46,412 nt of DNA, taken from positions 1 to 46,412 of the forward strand of contig CAYSHM010000027.1 in NCBI GenBank assembly GCA_964430885.1, written 5' to 3'. The translations under genes and the position numbers were made by a program. This document shows positions 17,751 through 26,783 of the stretch, in pieces. Under the pieces are notes generated by a model that saw nothing but the letters and a program-made list of their open reading frames with translations, searched no databases and had not been told where the DNA came from. Each line of letters opens with the position of its first letter. Positions within the stretch are counted from its first letter, which is position 1. This DNA is from an uncultured archaeon (lineage in GTDB: Archaea; Thermoplasmatota; Penumbrarchaeia; JASLWR01).

Positions 17751-17828
17751 ATGGATGATGAACTAAATTCCTGGAAACAGATCTATAGAGCCTTCGGATG
17801 CGATACAGAATTTGAGGATACCGCTTAG
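17751..17828 (+). CDS. Small ORF, 25 aa (MDDELNSWKQIYRAFGCDTEFEDTA), absent from the ORF track
   Basis: AGGAGGT RBS at 17738-17744, 6 nt before the ATG. TTTATATA box at 17696-17703. It lies in otherwise intergenic DNA. Confidence 0.55.
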   Translation: MDDELNSWKQIYRAFGCDTEFEDTA

Positions 17829-17887
17829 AATTTAATAATAATAATAAAACAATAATTAACAAAGAATATTTGATCGGGTGATGCCGG

Positions 17888-18004
17888 ATGATAGAAATAA
17901 GCTATGAGGATAATAATTGGGTGATATATGACGGGATGCAAAAATGCTTTACTCTCATTCCAACATCCTTGCGCTGTGGAAATGATCACAGCATATTGAC
18001 ATGA
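17888..18004 (+). CDS. Possible second small ORF, 38 aa (MIEISYEDNNWVIYDGMQKCFTLIPTSLRCGNDHSILT)
   Basis: GGTGA at 17877-17881, 6 nt before the ATG. No recognisable motif. Confidence 0.25.
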   Translation: MIEISYEDNNWVIYDGMQKCFTLIPTSLRCGNDHSILT

Positions 18005-18065
18005 ATTTAAACCTGATTTCAATCCAGTAATGTAAAATAAACGATCAGCAGATAATGCGAGGAAA

Positions 18066-18102
18066 GGGAGAGGACCGATATCCAATGGGACCCTTCTCTC
18101 CC
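18066..18102. terminator. Possible hairpin downstream of the nucleotide-sugar dehydrogenase
   Basis: GGGAGAG (18066-18072) pairs with CTCTCCC (18096-18102), about 20 nt beyond the minus-strand stop. Confidence 0.25.
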
Positions 18103-18122
18103 CCTACCTCTTCATTGGGTTA

Positions 18123-19499
18123 TTAGTTGTTGCCTTTACCGATCCCCAGGTAATGGAATCCTCTTTCCTCCATTGTCTTTTTATCAAAGACATTTCTTCC
18201 GTCTACAACCAGAGTATTTTTCATTACCGCTTTGGTCTTTTCCAGATCAAGATCGAAATATTCCTTGTGTTTTGTTACCAGTATGAAAGCATCAGCGTCA
18301 TAAAGAGTATCATACAGATCTCTGTTGATCTCCACTGGTGTGGGTTCCAGATCCCTTACAAAGGGCTCGTGGAGCTGGACGTCGGCACCTTCCTTAAGCA
18401 GCAGCTCTATAACATCCTTTGAAGGGGTATTCCTTGTATCGTCGCTGTTCTCCAGGAATGCATAGCCCAGTACAGCGATTTTGGCATCCTTCAATTCCAC
18501 CGAGAGCTTGGAAAGCCCTCTTTTCAGCAATGTGACCATGTGTTCGGGCATATAGGTATTGATATTCCTGGATGATACGATGACATTTGATTCTACCGGG
18601 AAATCGCCGTAGTTCTTCAATCCCCATAGGAGCAGCCAAGGGTCCTTGGGAAGACAGTGTCCCCCCACCCCTGCACCGGGAAAATGCAGGTTGCGGTAAG
18701 GATTCGCATCGGGGTTGCTTGGATCATTGGGAAGAGTGTTTACTAGTTTCCGGACTTCATAAGCATCTATACCGAGACTCTCGCAAATTAGCGCTACTTC
18801 ATTAGCGAATGCGATGTTTACATCCCGGTAGGTGTTCTCTACAACCTTTGTGACCTCGGCGGTGAGAGAATCCGTGCTGAAAATCGGAGCCTTAACAATC
18901 GCCTTGTAGAGATCCATACCTATTACTGTACTTTTTTCTGAAGTGCCGCCCACTATTCTAGCGAGGTTTGTTATATTGTGGAGCAGTCTTCCAACCATGA
19001 CTCGTTCATAGGCAAAGGCCAGATAGAATCCTTCATCGAGTTTCTTACCTGATTCCTTCTCAAGTATGGGTAGGACAATATTGGTGGTTGTACCCGGCGC
19101 TACGGTCGATTCGATGACGACTAGTGGTTTCTTGCTGCTTGTTCTCAATTGTTCCCCTGCGATCTTAGCTACTGATCTGAGGGACAGGTACTGGGGTACA
19201 TGGTTCTCATCAGTGGGTGTTTGGACATCTATTAGGATATAATCCGCGTCACCCATGATGGAATAATCATCAGAAACTCTAAATGTTTTTTTCTCCAGAA
19301 CAACACGTTTGATAAGGTCATCCAATCCTGGTTCGTTTCCACCTATGGGATTCTTTCCCTCGTTTATGAAATCTATCTTCCATCCGGAACGTTCAGATCT
19401 CCTCTGTATTCCGATTACTTCATACTTGCCCACATCCGCAAAAAGAGCAGCAGCCGGAATGCCGACATATCCCATACCTACAACCACGAGCTTTTTCAT
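18123..19499 (-). CDS. Nucleotide-sugar dehydrogenase (UDP-ManNAc/UDP-GlcNAc dehydrogenase, WecC/WbpA-like)
   Basis: VVGMGYVG Rossmann motif, VQTP, ESTVAPGTT, KVVENTYRDVNIAFANE, catalytic GVGGHCLPKDP and DTRNTP. Confidence 0.9.
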   Translation of the reverse strand: MKKLVVVGMGYVGIPAAALFADVGKYEVIGIQRRSERSGWKIDFINEGKNPIGGNEPGLDDLIKRVVLEKKTFRVSDDYSIMGDADYILIDVQTPTDENHVPQYLSLRSVAKIAGEQLRTSSKKPLVVIESTVAPGTTTNIVLPILEKESGKKLDEGFYLAFAYERVMVGRLLHNITNLARIVGGTSEKSTVIGMDLYKAIVKAPIFSTDSLTAEVTKVVENTYRDVNIAFANEVALICESLGIDAYEVRKLVNTLPNDPSNPDANPYRNLHFPGAGVGGHCLPKDPWLLLWGLKNYGDFPVESNVIVSSRNINTYMPEHMVTLLKRGLSKLSVELKDAKIAVLGYAFLENSDDTRNTPSKDVIELLLKEGADVQLHEPFVRDLEPTPVEINRDLYDTLYDADAFILVTKHKEYFDLDLEKTKAVMKNTLVVDGRNVFDKKTMEERGFHYLGIGKGNN

Positions 19500-19752
19500 G
19501 TTTTCATACTCCTTAAGAAAATACGCTTGGCAGAAAAGAAATTATTTATAAAAACCATTTCCCTCTGATTATTCTGCATAATAATAATTGGGGTTTCCTG
19601 TGATTACTCAACATATATATTTCAGGAATAATGATTAAATAGATATGGACCTTATAATTCCAAACAGCATAGATGTTCTACAGGGTCAATTAGGCTGTGA
19701 AATACCTTGCATAGTATCAAACAGTATGATAACAATCATTTAAGGTTAGATC

Positions 19753-20274
19753 ATGATTGATGACGATAAGGAAATGGATAATGAAGTTCCTGAAGAACCT
19801 GGGGTTGATGAGGTAGATGAAGATCCTCAAAACCTAAGTGAGAAAGAAAACCAGGAGGATACTTCGGAAAATGAATACCATTTCGTACCAGAAGATGAAC
19901 TGACTATCATAATAAAGAACATACTCCTAGAGGAAAGGGAGATAGGGAGCCTGAGGCAGCTTACCAATGCTGTCAATACTGAGCTAAGAGATTCAGGCCA
20001 TAAACATCTTACAACATCCGCAAGGATAAGGAACATTATAATAAAGAACAATCTGGCAGAAATTCAAGTAATGGTGAGAAGGGGTGAAGGCCATGGTTTG
20101 GTGGATAATTGTCCGGTATGCGGGGAATCAATGGTCAGCCAGAGAAATTCTACAATATACGGATGGAAGGTAATCTCAAAGAAGAGATGCGATAACTGCG
20201 GTTACTGGTCAGACAGGGAGAAGACCTCTGTGGCAAGGTATATCTTCCATACTGATAGGGATAAGGAAGAGTAA
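19753..20274 (+). CDS. Hypothetical protein: acidic N-terminus, HTH-like core, Zn ribbon
   Basis: CPVCG...RCDNCGYW in a clean ORF with AT-rich flanks. Confidence 0.7.
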   Translation: MIDDDKEMDNEVPEEPGVDEVDEDPQNLSEKENQEDTSENEYHFVPEDELTIIIKNILLEEREIGSLRQLTNAVNTELRDSGHKHLTTSARIRNIIIKNNLAEIQVMVRRGEGHGLVDNCPVCGESMVSQRNSTIYGWKVISKKRCDNCGYWSDREKTSVARYIFHTDRDKEE

Positions 20275-20414
20275 TATATATTATAATAGTTGGAATAATT
20301 GAGGAATACATTATTAAAATGAATATATATACACATACTATTCAGCCATTTTTATGTGTTGTTATTGAACAAACCTATCTGCTGAAGTCATAACACTTCG
20401 AAAGGTGAATTGAA

Positions 20415-22067
20415 TTGGAAGTAGAAGATATTCTTGAGGAAGCAGAGGAAGCCCTTGAGCTGGGGGATTACCAGGAGGCCATTGAAATTTTGGATGGAAT
20501 CCTTGAAGATGGTATCAATATAAAAGCCCTTAGGATAAAGGGCGATGCTCTGAGGCTCTCCGGAGACCCCAAGGAATCCATGAAATGTTATGACCGCGCC
20601 CTTGTCGTGGACTTGAACCAGAAGGACATCTGGAGAGGCAAGGGAAGCTCCCTGAGCGCCATTGGTAGAAATGATGAGGCTCTGCGTTCCTTTGAAAGGG
20701 CCTTGAAATATGATCCCGAGGATGTTGAAACCTGGCTGGAAAAAGGTAGATTGGGGATGAAGGTCCATGATTGGAAAATGTCCCTGGATTCTTTTAAAGA
20801 GGTTTGCAGTTTGGATCCTGAGAATCCCGATGGATGGTTCAATAAGGGAAATGCACTTATAAGCGGTTTCGGAAAAATGGAGGAGGCTATCGAGTGCTAC
20901 AAGAAAGCAGTGGAGATAAGAGACGATTCTCCTGATTACTGGTTCAACCTGGGTGTTGCACAGAGAAGTTTTGATGAGATCCTCGATGCTTGCAGGAGCT
21001 TTTTCACAGTCCTTGAGCTTCAGAAGACCAACATCAAGGCCAAACGTTATCTCAATGAGTGCAAATCCGACTTGGAAGCCAAAGGTATAGATTTTACAGA
21101 TATCGTTACCAGTGAAAAGGACATCGAATTGAAGAAAAAATCCCGCCCCTCCACCGAGCGCAGGAGGGATAGAGCCAAAAGAAAGGGTGAGGAGAGAGAT
21201 ATCGACATCGGTGAATGGACCGGGCCCAGTGAAAGTGATTATTGGCCCAGAGGGTATTCCTCAGAGGAGGAACAGCTTTGGAATATTGATGAGGAAGGGG
21301 AAACCCAGGTTCAGGGAGAGGAGGAGGTGGACGAGGAGCCAGAAGGGGACTGGGATGAATCCGAAGAGGAAGATGAAGAGCTAGAAGGAGACTGGGATGA
21401 ATCCGAAGAGGAAGATGAAGAACTTGAAGGAGACTGGGATGAATCCGAAGGGGAAGATGAAGAGCTCGAAGGGGATTGGGATAAACCTGAAGAGGATGAT
21501 AAAGAGAAGGCAGTTCAGGGTGAAATATGGGACGGTGAGGAAGATGATCAGGAGACATCGGATTGGTCTTTAGATAGTGTAGAGGAAACTGGAAAACCCA
21601 AAGATGAAACTGTAGAAAATGATGATGAACCCGATTTTTTCATTATAGAAGAGAACAAACAGGAAGCCTCTGAAGAAGAATGGGGTAAGTTCAATACATG
21701 GGCTGACCAGCAGAAGACCAAGGATGCTGAGTTGGATCAAGGTAAAAGGAAAGATGTGTGGGAAGATATTGAGGAAGAAGAATCTGAAAAGGTGGAGGAT
21801 TGGGGTGAACAATCAGATTCCAAACCTAGAAGTGAAAGACGGTCCAGAAGGAAATCCCCGAGAAAAAACAGTGAAGAAAGCCAATTTGAAGGCAAGGAGG
21901 ACGTTTGGGAATTAGGTGATGAAAAAGACTCATCCGGGGAAGAGCAGGACGAAACTGAACAGCAGTGGGACCTAGGTAAGCCTCCCTCATCTGATGGTCG
22001 CTCCTCAAATAATAGATCCACGAGATCTGAAAGGAGAAAAAGACGCCGGAGAAGCAGGCGCAATTGA
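20415..22067 (+). CDS. TPR-repeat protein with long acidic, Trp-punctuated low-complexity tail and Arg-rich patches
   Basis: About 5-6 TPR repeats (W..KG..L...G...EA..). TTG start after GGTGA at 20404-20408. The tail has 15 Trp residues in an acidic context. Confidence 0.8.
   Translation: MEVEDILEEAEEALELGDYQEAIEILDGILEDGINIKALRIKGDALRLSGDPKESMKCYDRALVVDLNQKDIWRGKGSSLSAIGRNDEALRSFERALKYDPEDVETWLEKGRLGMKVHDWKMSLDSFKEVCSLDPENPDGWFNKGNALISGFGKMEEAIECYKKAVEIRDDSPDYWFNLGVAQRSFDEILDACRSFFTVLELQKTNIKAKRYLNECKSDLEAKGIDFTDIVTSEKDIELKKKSRPSTERRRDRAKRKGEERDIDIGEWTGPSESDYWPRGYSSEEEQLWNIDEEGETQVQGEEEVDEEPEGDWDESEEEDEELEGDWDESEEEDEELEGDWDESEGEDEELEGDWDKPEEDDKEKAVQGEIWDGEEDDQETSDWSLDSVEETGKPKDETVENDDEPDFFIIEENKQEASEEEWGKFNTWADQQKTKDAELDQGKRKDVWEDIEEEESEKVEDWGEQSDSKPRSERRSRRKSPRKNSEESQFEGKEDVWELGDEKDSSGEEQDETEQQWDLGKPPSSDGRSSNNRSTRSERRKRRRRSRRN
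21342..21500 (+). repeat. 42-bp intragenic tandem repeat (3 full copies plus 1 partial) encoding EGDWDESEEEDEEL
   Basis: Units start at 21342, 21384, 21426 and 21468 (gaagg[ga]gactgggatgaatccgaag...). Confidence 0.92.
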
Positions 22068-22130
22068 TTTTTATATTCATAATTATAACATTTATCAACA
22101 CAACGATTTCTAATATTTTAGGGTGGGAAA

Positions 22131-23642
22131 ATGAAACATTGCATTGAATGCGGGAGCCAAATGGAGAGCCGATTGTCCGAGTGCTCCAGTTGCGGAGTCA
22201 ATCTCGAAAAGAACTATGAAAAGGAAACAGGTGACAATACTGAAAAACACGAAAATATCCTGAAAGCGAGGGAGAGCTTTGCCAAGGAGAAATACGGCAA
22301 AGCAGTATCAAGTCTATCCCAGGTTGCTGTGAAAGATCCCCTTAATATCAGCGTTTTATTTAATTTGGGAAGGGCTTTGACCAACTGTAATGATTACTAT
22401 AGAGCCCTTGGAATATTTGATAAAGGTCTAAAGGAAAGACCAGACTCTTCCCATATCTGGTTCAGCAAAGGCCAATGCTATTTTCAGATGAATGAGATAG
22501 AAAAATCCAAAGAATGCTTCCAGAGGAGTCTGGAAACCAAACCGCTGTATCAGAAGCCCCGGGCTTACATCAAGAAATGTGATGAGATTCTTGAAAAAAG
22601 GAGGGAGGCACAGTCCGATTTTGTTGCTGAAAGAAGTACGCCTGAAAGAGAATTTCAGACAATGGGGAGACCTCGGATCGTCAAGGATTTCGACAGTACT
22701 GATGGAGCTTACCTGTGTATGGCCTGTGATTCAAAGGTTCAATTCAGAGAGGAGTATCAGTTGTGGTGGTGCGGTGTTTGCTCCAAACATATCGATGATG
22801 ATCATGTGAGAAAAGTAGAGCCCGCTGTTGACGATAGAGGGGATGATCATGGTGATTCTTGCCTGAGCTGCGGGAATAAAATGAGATTCATATCAGCTTA
22901 TTCTGATTGGTGGTGCGACAGCTGTCAAACCTATCTAGCAGAACAACGAGCGGAAGTGGATGCACAACCGTCTAAGGAACCGGAGTGGGGTGACGAGAGT
23001 TACTGCAGCAGATGCGGATCTCCCTTGAGCTTTATTGAGGAATATGACGGCTGGTGGTGCGACAGCTGCCAGGATTACGATATGATCGAAGAAGAGGATC
23101 ATCCGGTCCTGAAACCTACCGAGCATATGGATGAGAATTCATGTCAAAGATGCGGAAGACCTCTGTCCTATATTGACCAGTATGATGCATGGTGGTGTGA
23201 CAGCTGCCAGGATTATGCCGGAGGACCTGAGGATCATGGTGAGGTGGGAATGCCCGGTGGGGCCTCTCCTGACCACCGCTGCAGCAAATGCGGGTATCCC
23301 ATAGTATATGTGGATCAGTATGACCGTTGGTGGTGTGACGGCTGCAGAGGCTATGTCGAGGATGATCTCGCTGAAATGGAGCCGGCTAGGGTGGAATCCG
23401 GGTATCAATGTCAGAAATGCAGCTCTACTCTTGAATTTGTGGAAAATTACCAGAAATGGTGGTGTGATCGATGCCACGAATATGCAGGAATGGATTCCCC
23501 AGAGGATGTAGGTTATCAATCATCGGCATTTATTGAAGATGATTCCCGTACACTCTGCAGGACCTGCGGACATCAGTTAAGATTCATAAATGACTATCAG
23601 ATGTGGTGGTGTGACGACTGCCAGAAATACATTGGCGAATAA
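22131..23642 (+). CDS. N-terminal Zn ribbon, TPR repeats and seven tandem CxxC-x14-CxxC 'YxxWWC' zinc-finger-like repeats
   Basis: CIEC...CSSC at the N-terminus, about 3 TPRs, then seven repeats such as CSRCGSPLSFIEEYDGWWCDSC. Confidence 0.82.
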   Translation: MKHCIECGSQMESRLSECSSCGVNLEKNYEKETGDNTEKHENILKARESFAKEKYGKAVSSLSQVAVKDPLNISVLFNLGRALTNCNDYYRALGIFDKGLKERPDSSHIWFSKGQCYFQMNEIEKSKECFQRSLETKPLYQKPRAYIKKCDEILEKRREAQSDFVAERSTPEREFQTMGRPRIVKDFDSTDGAYLCMACDSKVQFREEYQLWWCGVCSKHIDDDHVRKVEPAVDDRGDDHGDSCLSCGNKMRFISAYSDWWCDSCQTYLAEQRAEVDAQPSKEPEWGDESYCSRCGSPLSFIEEYDGWWCDSCQDYDMIEEEDHPVLKPTEHMDENSCQRCGRPLSYIDQYDAWWCDSCQDYAGGPEDHGEVGMPGGASPDHRCSKCGYPIVYVDQYDRWWCDGCRGYVEDDLAEMEPARVESGYQCQKCSSTLEFVENYQKWWCDRCHEYAGMDSPEDVGYQSSAFIEDDSRTLCRTCGHQLRFINDYQMWWCDDCQKYIGE

Positions 23643-23755
23643 GATCAAATTGATATGAGGGTGATTATTCGGTAATTTCCCCCCATTATCCATCCTGCAG
23701 GATTTCCAATTTCGGATACCTAGTGTTAGTATATCAATTCCTCGGATGTATTCAT

Positions 23756-26737
23756 ATGAGAAAATCCCTCACAATGATTTTTCTTCTGGTGATGATGTTA
23801 TCATCCTGTTCCCAAATGATGGTTGTCAAAGCTGGTCTGAAAGATATTCCAGGAACATCTTTTTCTGGCAGATCAGAGCATTATAATGGAATAAATGCCC
23901 ATACTTCAGGAGCTTATAGAGATTCAAGAGATGAGCGGAACGAGACAAATATTAACCCCACGGTCAATATAACATTTCCTCTTGAAGATGACATACTCTC
24001 AGGTACCATAACAGTCAGGGGGACCGCATTCGACAGCCCTGTGGATTCCAATGAGCTCATTGGAGTGGAGGTTTCACTTGATGGTGTGAACTGGACCCTA
24101 GCTGAAGGTTTGGCCTCCTGGGAATTTGAAATGAACACCGCCAATCTAACTGAAGGACGACAAACTATCCATGCAAGATCCTACGATGATCAGAATTTTT
24201 CCATAGAGGATAGAGTAAGAGTAATAATAGACAATGATCCAGATAACACCCCGCCTTCAGCTGTGATATCCTCCCCTTCGCCTGCTGGATTATATTCGGT
24301 CAATGAGACCATTTTTTTCAAAGGTGATCAATCCAGCGACTCAGATGAAGGGCCCCTGCCATTGAATTACACCTGGTACATGGGTGACGGAACAGTGCGG
24401 TATGGCGTGAATCAGAACTACAGCTATTCGGAAAAGAACGATCTAATAACTGTTGCGCTTACGGTCTATGACGGTGACCTTGAGGACTCCGCCAGTCTTA
24501 TCTTATCTGTGAACAACATACCTCCAGTGGCAGTCATCGAGGGCGGGGACCGAACGGTGGATCCCGGGGAGCCGATATCCTTAAACGGTTCGGGTTCCTA
24601 TGATCCCGATGCGCCCCTGGATACCGTGACCAATTATACCTGGGATATGGGAGATGGCATTATTCTGTACGGTGAATCGGTGGTTCATATATTCAACGGA
24701 GATAACACTAAATACCAGGTATACCTAACCGTCAGGGACATGAACAATGCTACAGGCATTGATGGGATTACCGTGACCAGAAGCAATGCCCCTCCGGTTG
24801 CCCAGCTTGTGATACCGTCCTATGTGGTGAAGACAAATGTTAACCTGTTCTTTGATGGGAGTGGATCCTATGATCCCGACGGAAGTGTATCCTCATACTA
24901 TTTCGATCTGGGCGACGGAAATACCACTGGTTGGATAGATTCTTCATCGGTGAATCACACATACAGCCGACCGGGAAGTTATTCTCCAAGGCTGAAAGTA
25001 ATGGACGACCAGGGTGCCCAGAGCAAATGGTATTCTTCTGATATCACCGTGGAAACCAACCCCAATGAGCCCCCAACTCTCGTTTTGGACCATCCGGCAG
25101 AGGGCGCCGTAGTTAGCGCTCCGGTTGTGGTCAGGGGAAGGGCATTTGACGATGATGGTGATACTATACAGAAGGTAGAGGTATATTTCGGGGATGTCAA
25201 AAGGAATGCGGACCCAAGGTTCGGGGGATCCCTGGAATCCTGGGAAGCGGTATTTGAGAATGCTGATGGGCTCCCCAACGGTGATTATACCTTAAAGGTC
25301 AGATGCTTTGATGGTTTTGGTTATTCGTCCTATGAATCTGTTGATGTGAAGCTGAACAATGATCCCCCAAAGGATATCATCGTAGATCTTGAACCAATAC
25401 CAGATGGCTTTTTCCCGGGTTCAATTATCACCATAGAAGGAACACTTCGCTTCGATACAGGAGTTACAGCAGCAGAGTCCAATGTATCCTTTTCCTTGTC
25501 CGGTATTATCAAACAAACAATTTCTGATATGGGCGGCAGATTTCAGGTATCTTTATCTGCTCCTCTGTCCTCGGGTGAGAATCAAGGCGAATTGACAGCC
25601 AGTAAAGGAAATATTAGCTCATCCGAAATCCTTTATCTCAAGGTATACAAGGTTGATTTTCTCCTGAAGGATGATAACATCAGGATCTTCAGAGGGGATG
25701 AGGAGGTTATTGGTTACAATGACGGTGTGGTGGAGGGGGAAACAGTGGACCTTTTTATAGATGTCTTTTTCTACTCCGATGCTGACAGCGGCCCCTCAAT
25801 TGAGTGCGGTATTGAGGTTGCTGAAAAGGAGGATGATAGTTTGAGGCGGATTATGGATGAATCGCAGATCAGTTTCATACCCAATGGACTGGAACAGTCG
25901 CAGCAGATCAGAATATCCTGGTCCCCTCTTAGAGGTAATTATGCTATTGAGGTAGAACTCACTTTCGGCAATGACACAGATTTTAGTAATAACAACCTTA
26001 CAAAGAGATTCACTGTGAAGGCTCCCGTGAAAAGGGCGGATTTCACAGTTGGCCGAATAATTGTACCTGAACAGCGCTTCTATGTTGATAAATATTATAC
26101 CATATCAGCGGAGATATCCAATCTGGGCACCCTCTTCGGAAAAATAAATCTGACGCTGTACTGGGACACGGTGGACACGGAGAATCTCATTCTTGAAAAG
26201 AGGGATATCCTAATATTTGCCAAAGAGAACCGGACTGTACCGTTGAACTTCCGGCCTGAGACCACAGGTAGCGTGGAATTGATTATTGTTCTAGACAGCT
26301 CCCTTATTGAGGAGTCGGACGAGAATAATCGATTGAGCAGGGACATCAAGATCTATCCCGCTGCTGTTTCCGGCAAAGAGGACGGCACCAACAATGTACT
26401 GACCATAGCGGTCCTGGGCATGATAATCGTCGGAGTGATATTCTTCTGGGGTCTATACAGGGAGAGAAAACGGGGCGGATCCGAAAAGGATGAAGATGCC
26501 GGGGAAAAAGATACCTATGGAAAGGACCGATCCAGCAGGAAGGATAAGCTGACCGCAGAGGGGGATGCGGATCACCGGAAAGATGAGCCTAAAGCAGATG
26601 AGGATGATGAAATCGAAAATGCTGATGACGATCGGGATGATGATACAAATGATCAGAATGGAGAGGGTACTGTTGACTCCTACGGGGCGGTATATGGGGA
26701 TTACATGAGCACCCGAGGTGCAATTAAATTCGAATGA
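23756..26737 (+). CDS. PKD/Ig-like/CARDB single-pass surface protein
   Basis: Signal peptide (likely start ATG 23756; the ORF extends to 23723). Three PKD repeats (F.GS.S.D.D...Y.W.(M/L)GDG). Ig-like domains (GT(I/V).VRG.AFD) and CARDB motif IEESDENN. C-terminal TM helix plus acidic tail. Confidence 0.85.
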   Translation: MRKSLTMIFLLVMMLSSCSQMMVVKAGLKDIPGTSFSGRSEHYNGINAHTSGAYRDSRDERNETNINPTVNITFPLEDDILSGTITVRGTAFDSPVDSNELIGVEVSLDGVNWTLAEGLASWEFEMNTANLTEGRQTIHARSYDDQNFSIEDRVRVIIDNDPDNTPPSAVISSPSPAGLYSVNETIFFKGDQSSDSDEGPLPLNYTWYMGDGTVRYGVNQNYSYSEKNDLITVALTVYDGDLEDSASLILSVNNIPPVAVIEGGDRTVDPGEPISLNGSGSYDPDAPLDTVTNYTWDMGDGIILYGESVVHIFNGDNTKYQVYLTVRDMNNATGIDGITVTRSNAPPVAQLVIPSYVVKTNVNLFFDGSGSYDPDGSVSSYYFDLGDGNTTGWIDSSSVNHTYSRPGSYSPRLKVMDDQGAQSKWYSSDITVETNPNEPPTLVLDHPAEGAVVSAPVVVRGRAFDDDGDTIQKVEVYFGDVKRNADPRFGGSLESWEAVFENADGLPNGDYTLKVRCFDGFGYSSYESVDVKLNNDPPKDIIVDLEPIPDGFFPGSIITIEGTLRFDTGVTAAESNVSFSLSGIIKQTISDMGGRFQVSLSAPLSSGENQGELTASKGNISSSEILYLKVYKVDFLLKDDNIRIFRGDEEVIGYNDGVVEGETVDLFIDVFFYSDADSGPSIECGIEVAEKEDDSLRRIMDESQISFIPNGLEQSQQIRISWSPLRGNYAIEVELTFGNDTDFSNNNLTKRFTVKAPVKRADFTVGRIIVPEQRFYVDKYYTISAEISNLGTLFGKINLTLYWDTVDTENLILEKRDILIFAKENRTVPLNFRPETTGSVELIIVLDSSLIEESDENNRLSRDIKIYPAAVSGKEDGTNNVLTIAVLGMIIVGVIFFWGLYRERKRGGSEKDEDAGEKDTYGKDRSSRKDKLTAEGDADHRKDEPKADEDDEIENADDDRDDDTNDQNGEGTVDSYGAVYGDYMSTRGAIKFE

Positions 26738-26783
26738 TCCCCAAATAATGAAAAAGGTAGGAAATATCAGATATTGATTTATT

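Noticed and set aside
17825-18085. 86-aa minus-strand ORF in the intergenic region
   Set aside because: It has a TTG start, no clear RBS and composition driven by AT-rich DNA. The plus-strand sORFs have better initiation signals.
21342-21500. 42-bp repeats as a CRISPR array
   Set aside because: The repeats are contiguous with no unique spacers, in frame within a CDS, vary mainly at synonymous sites, and no cas genes are present.
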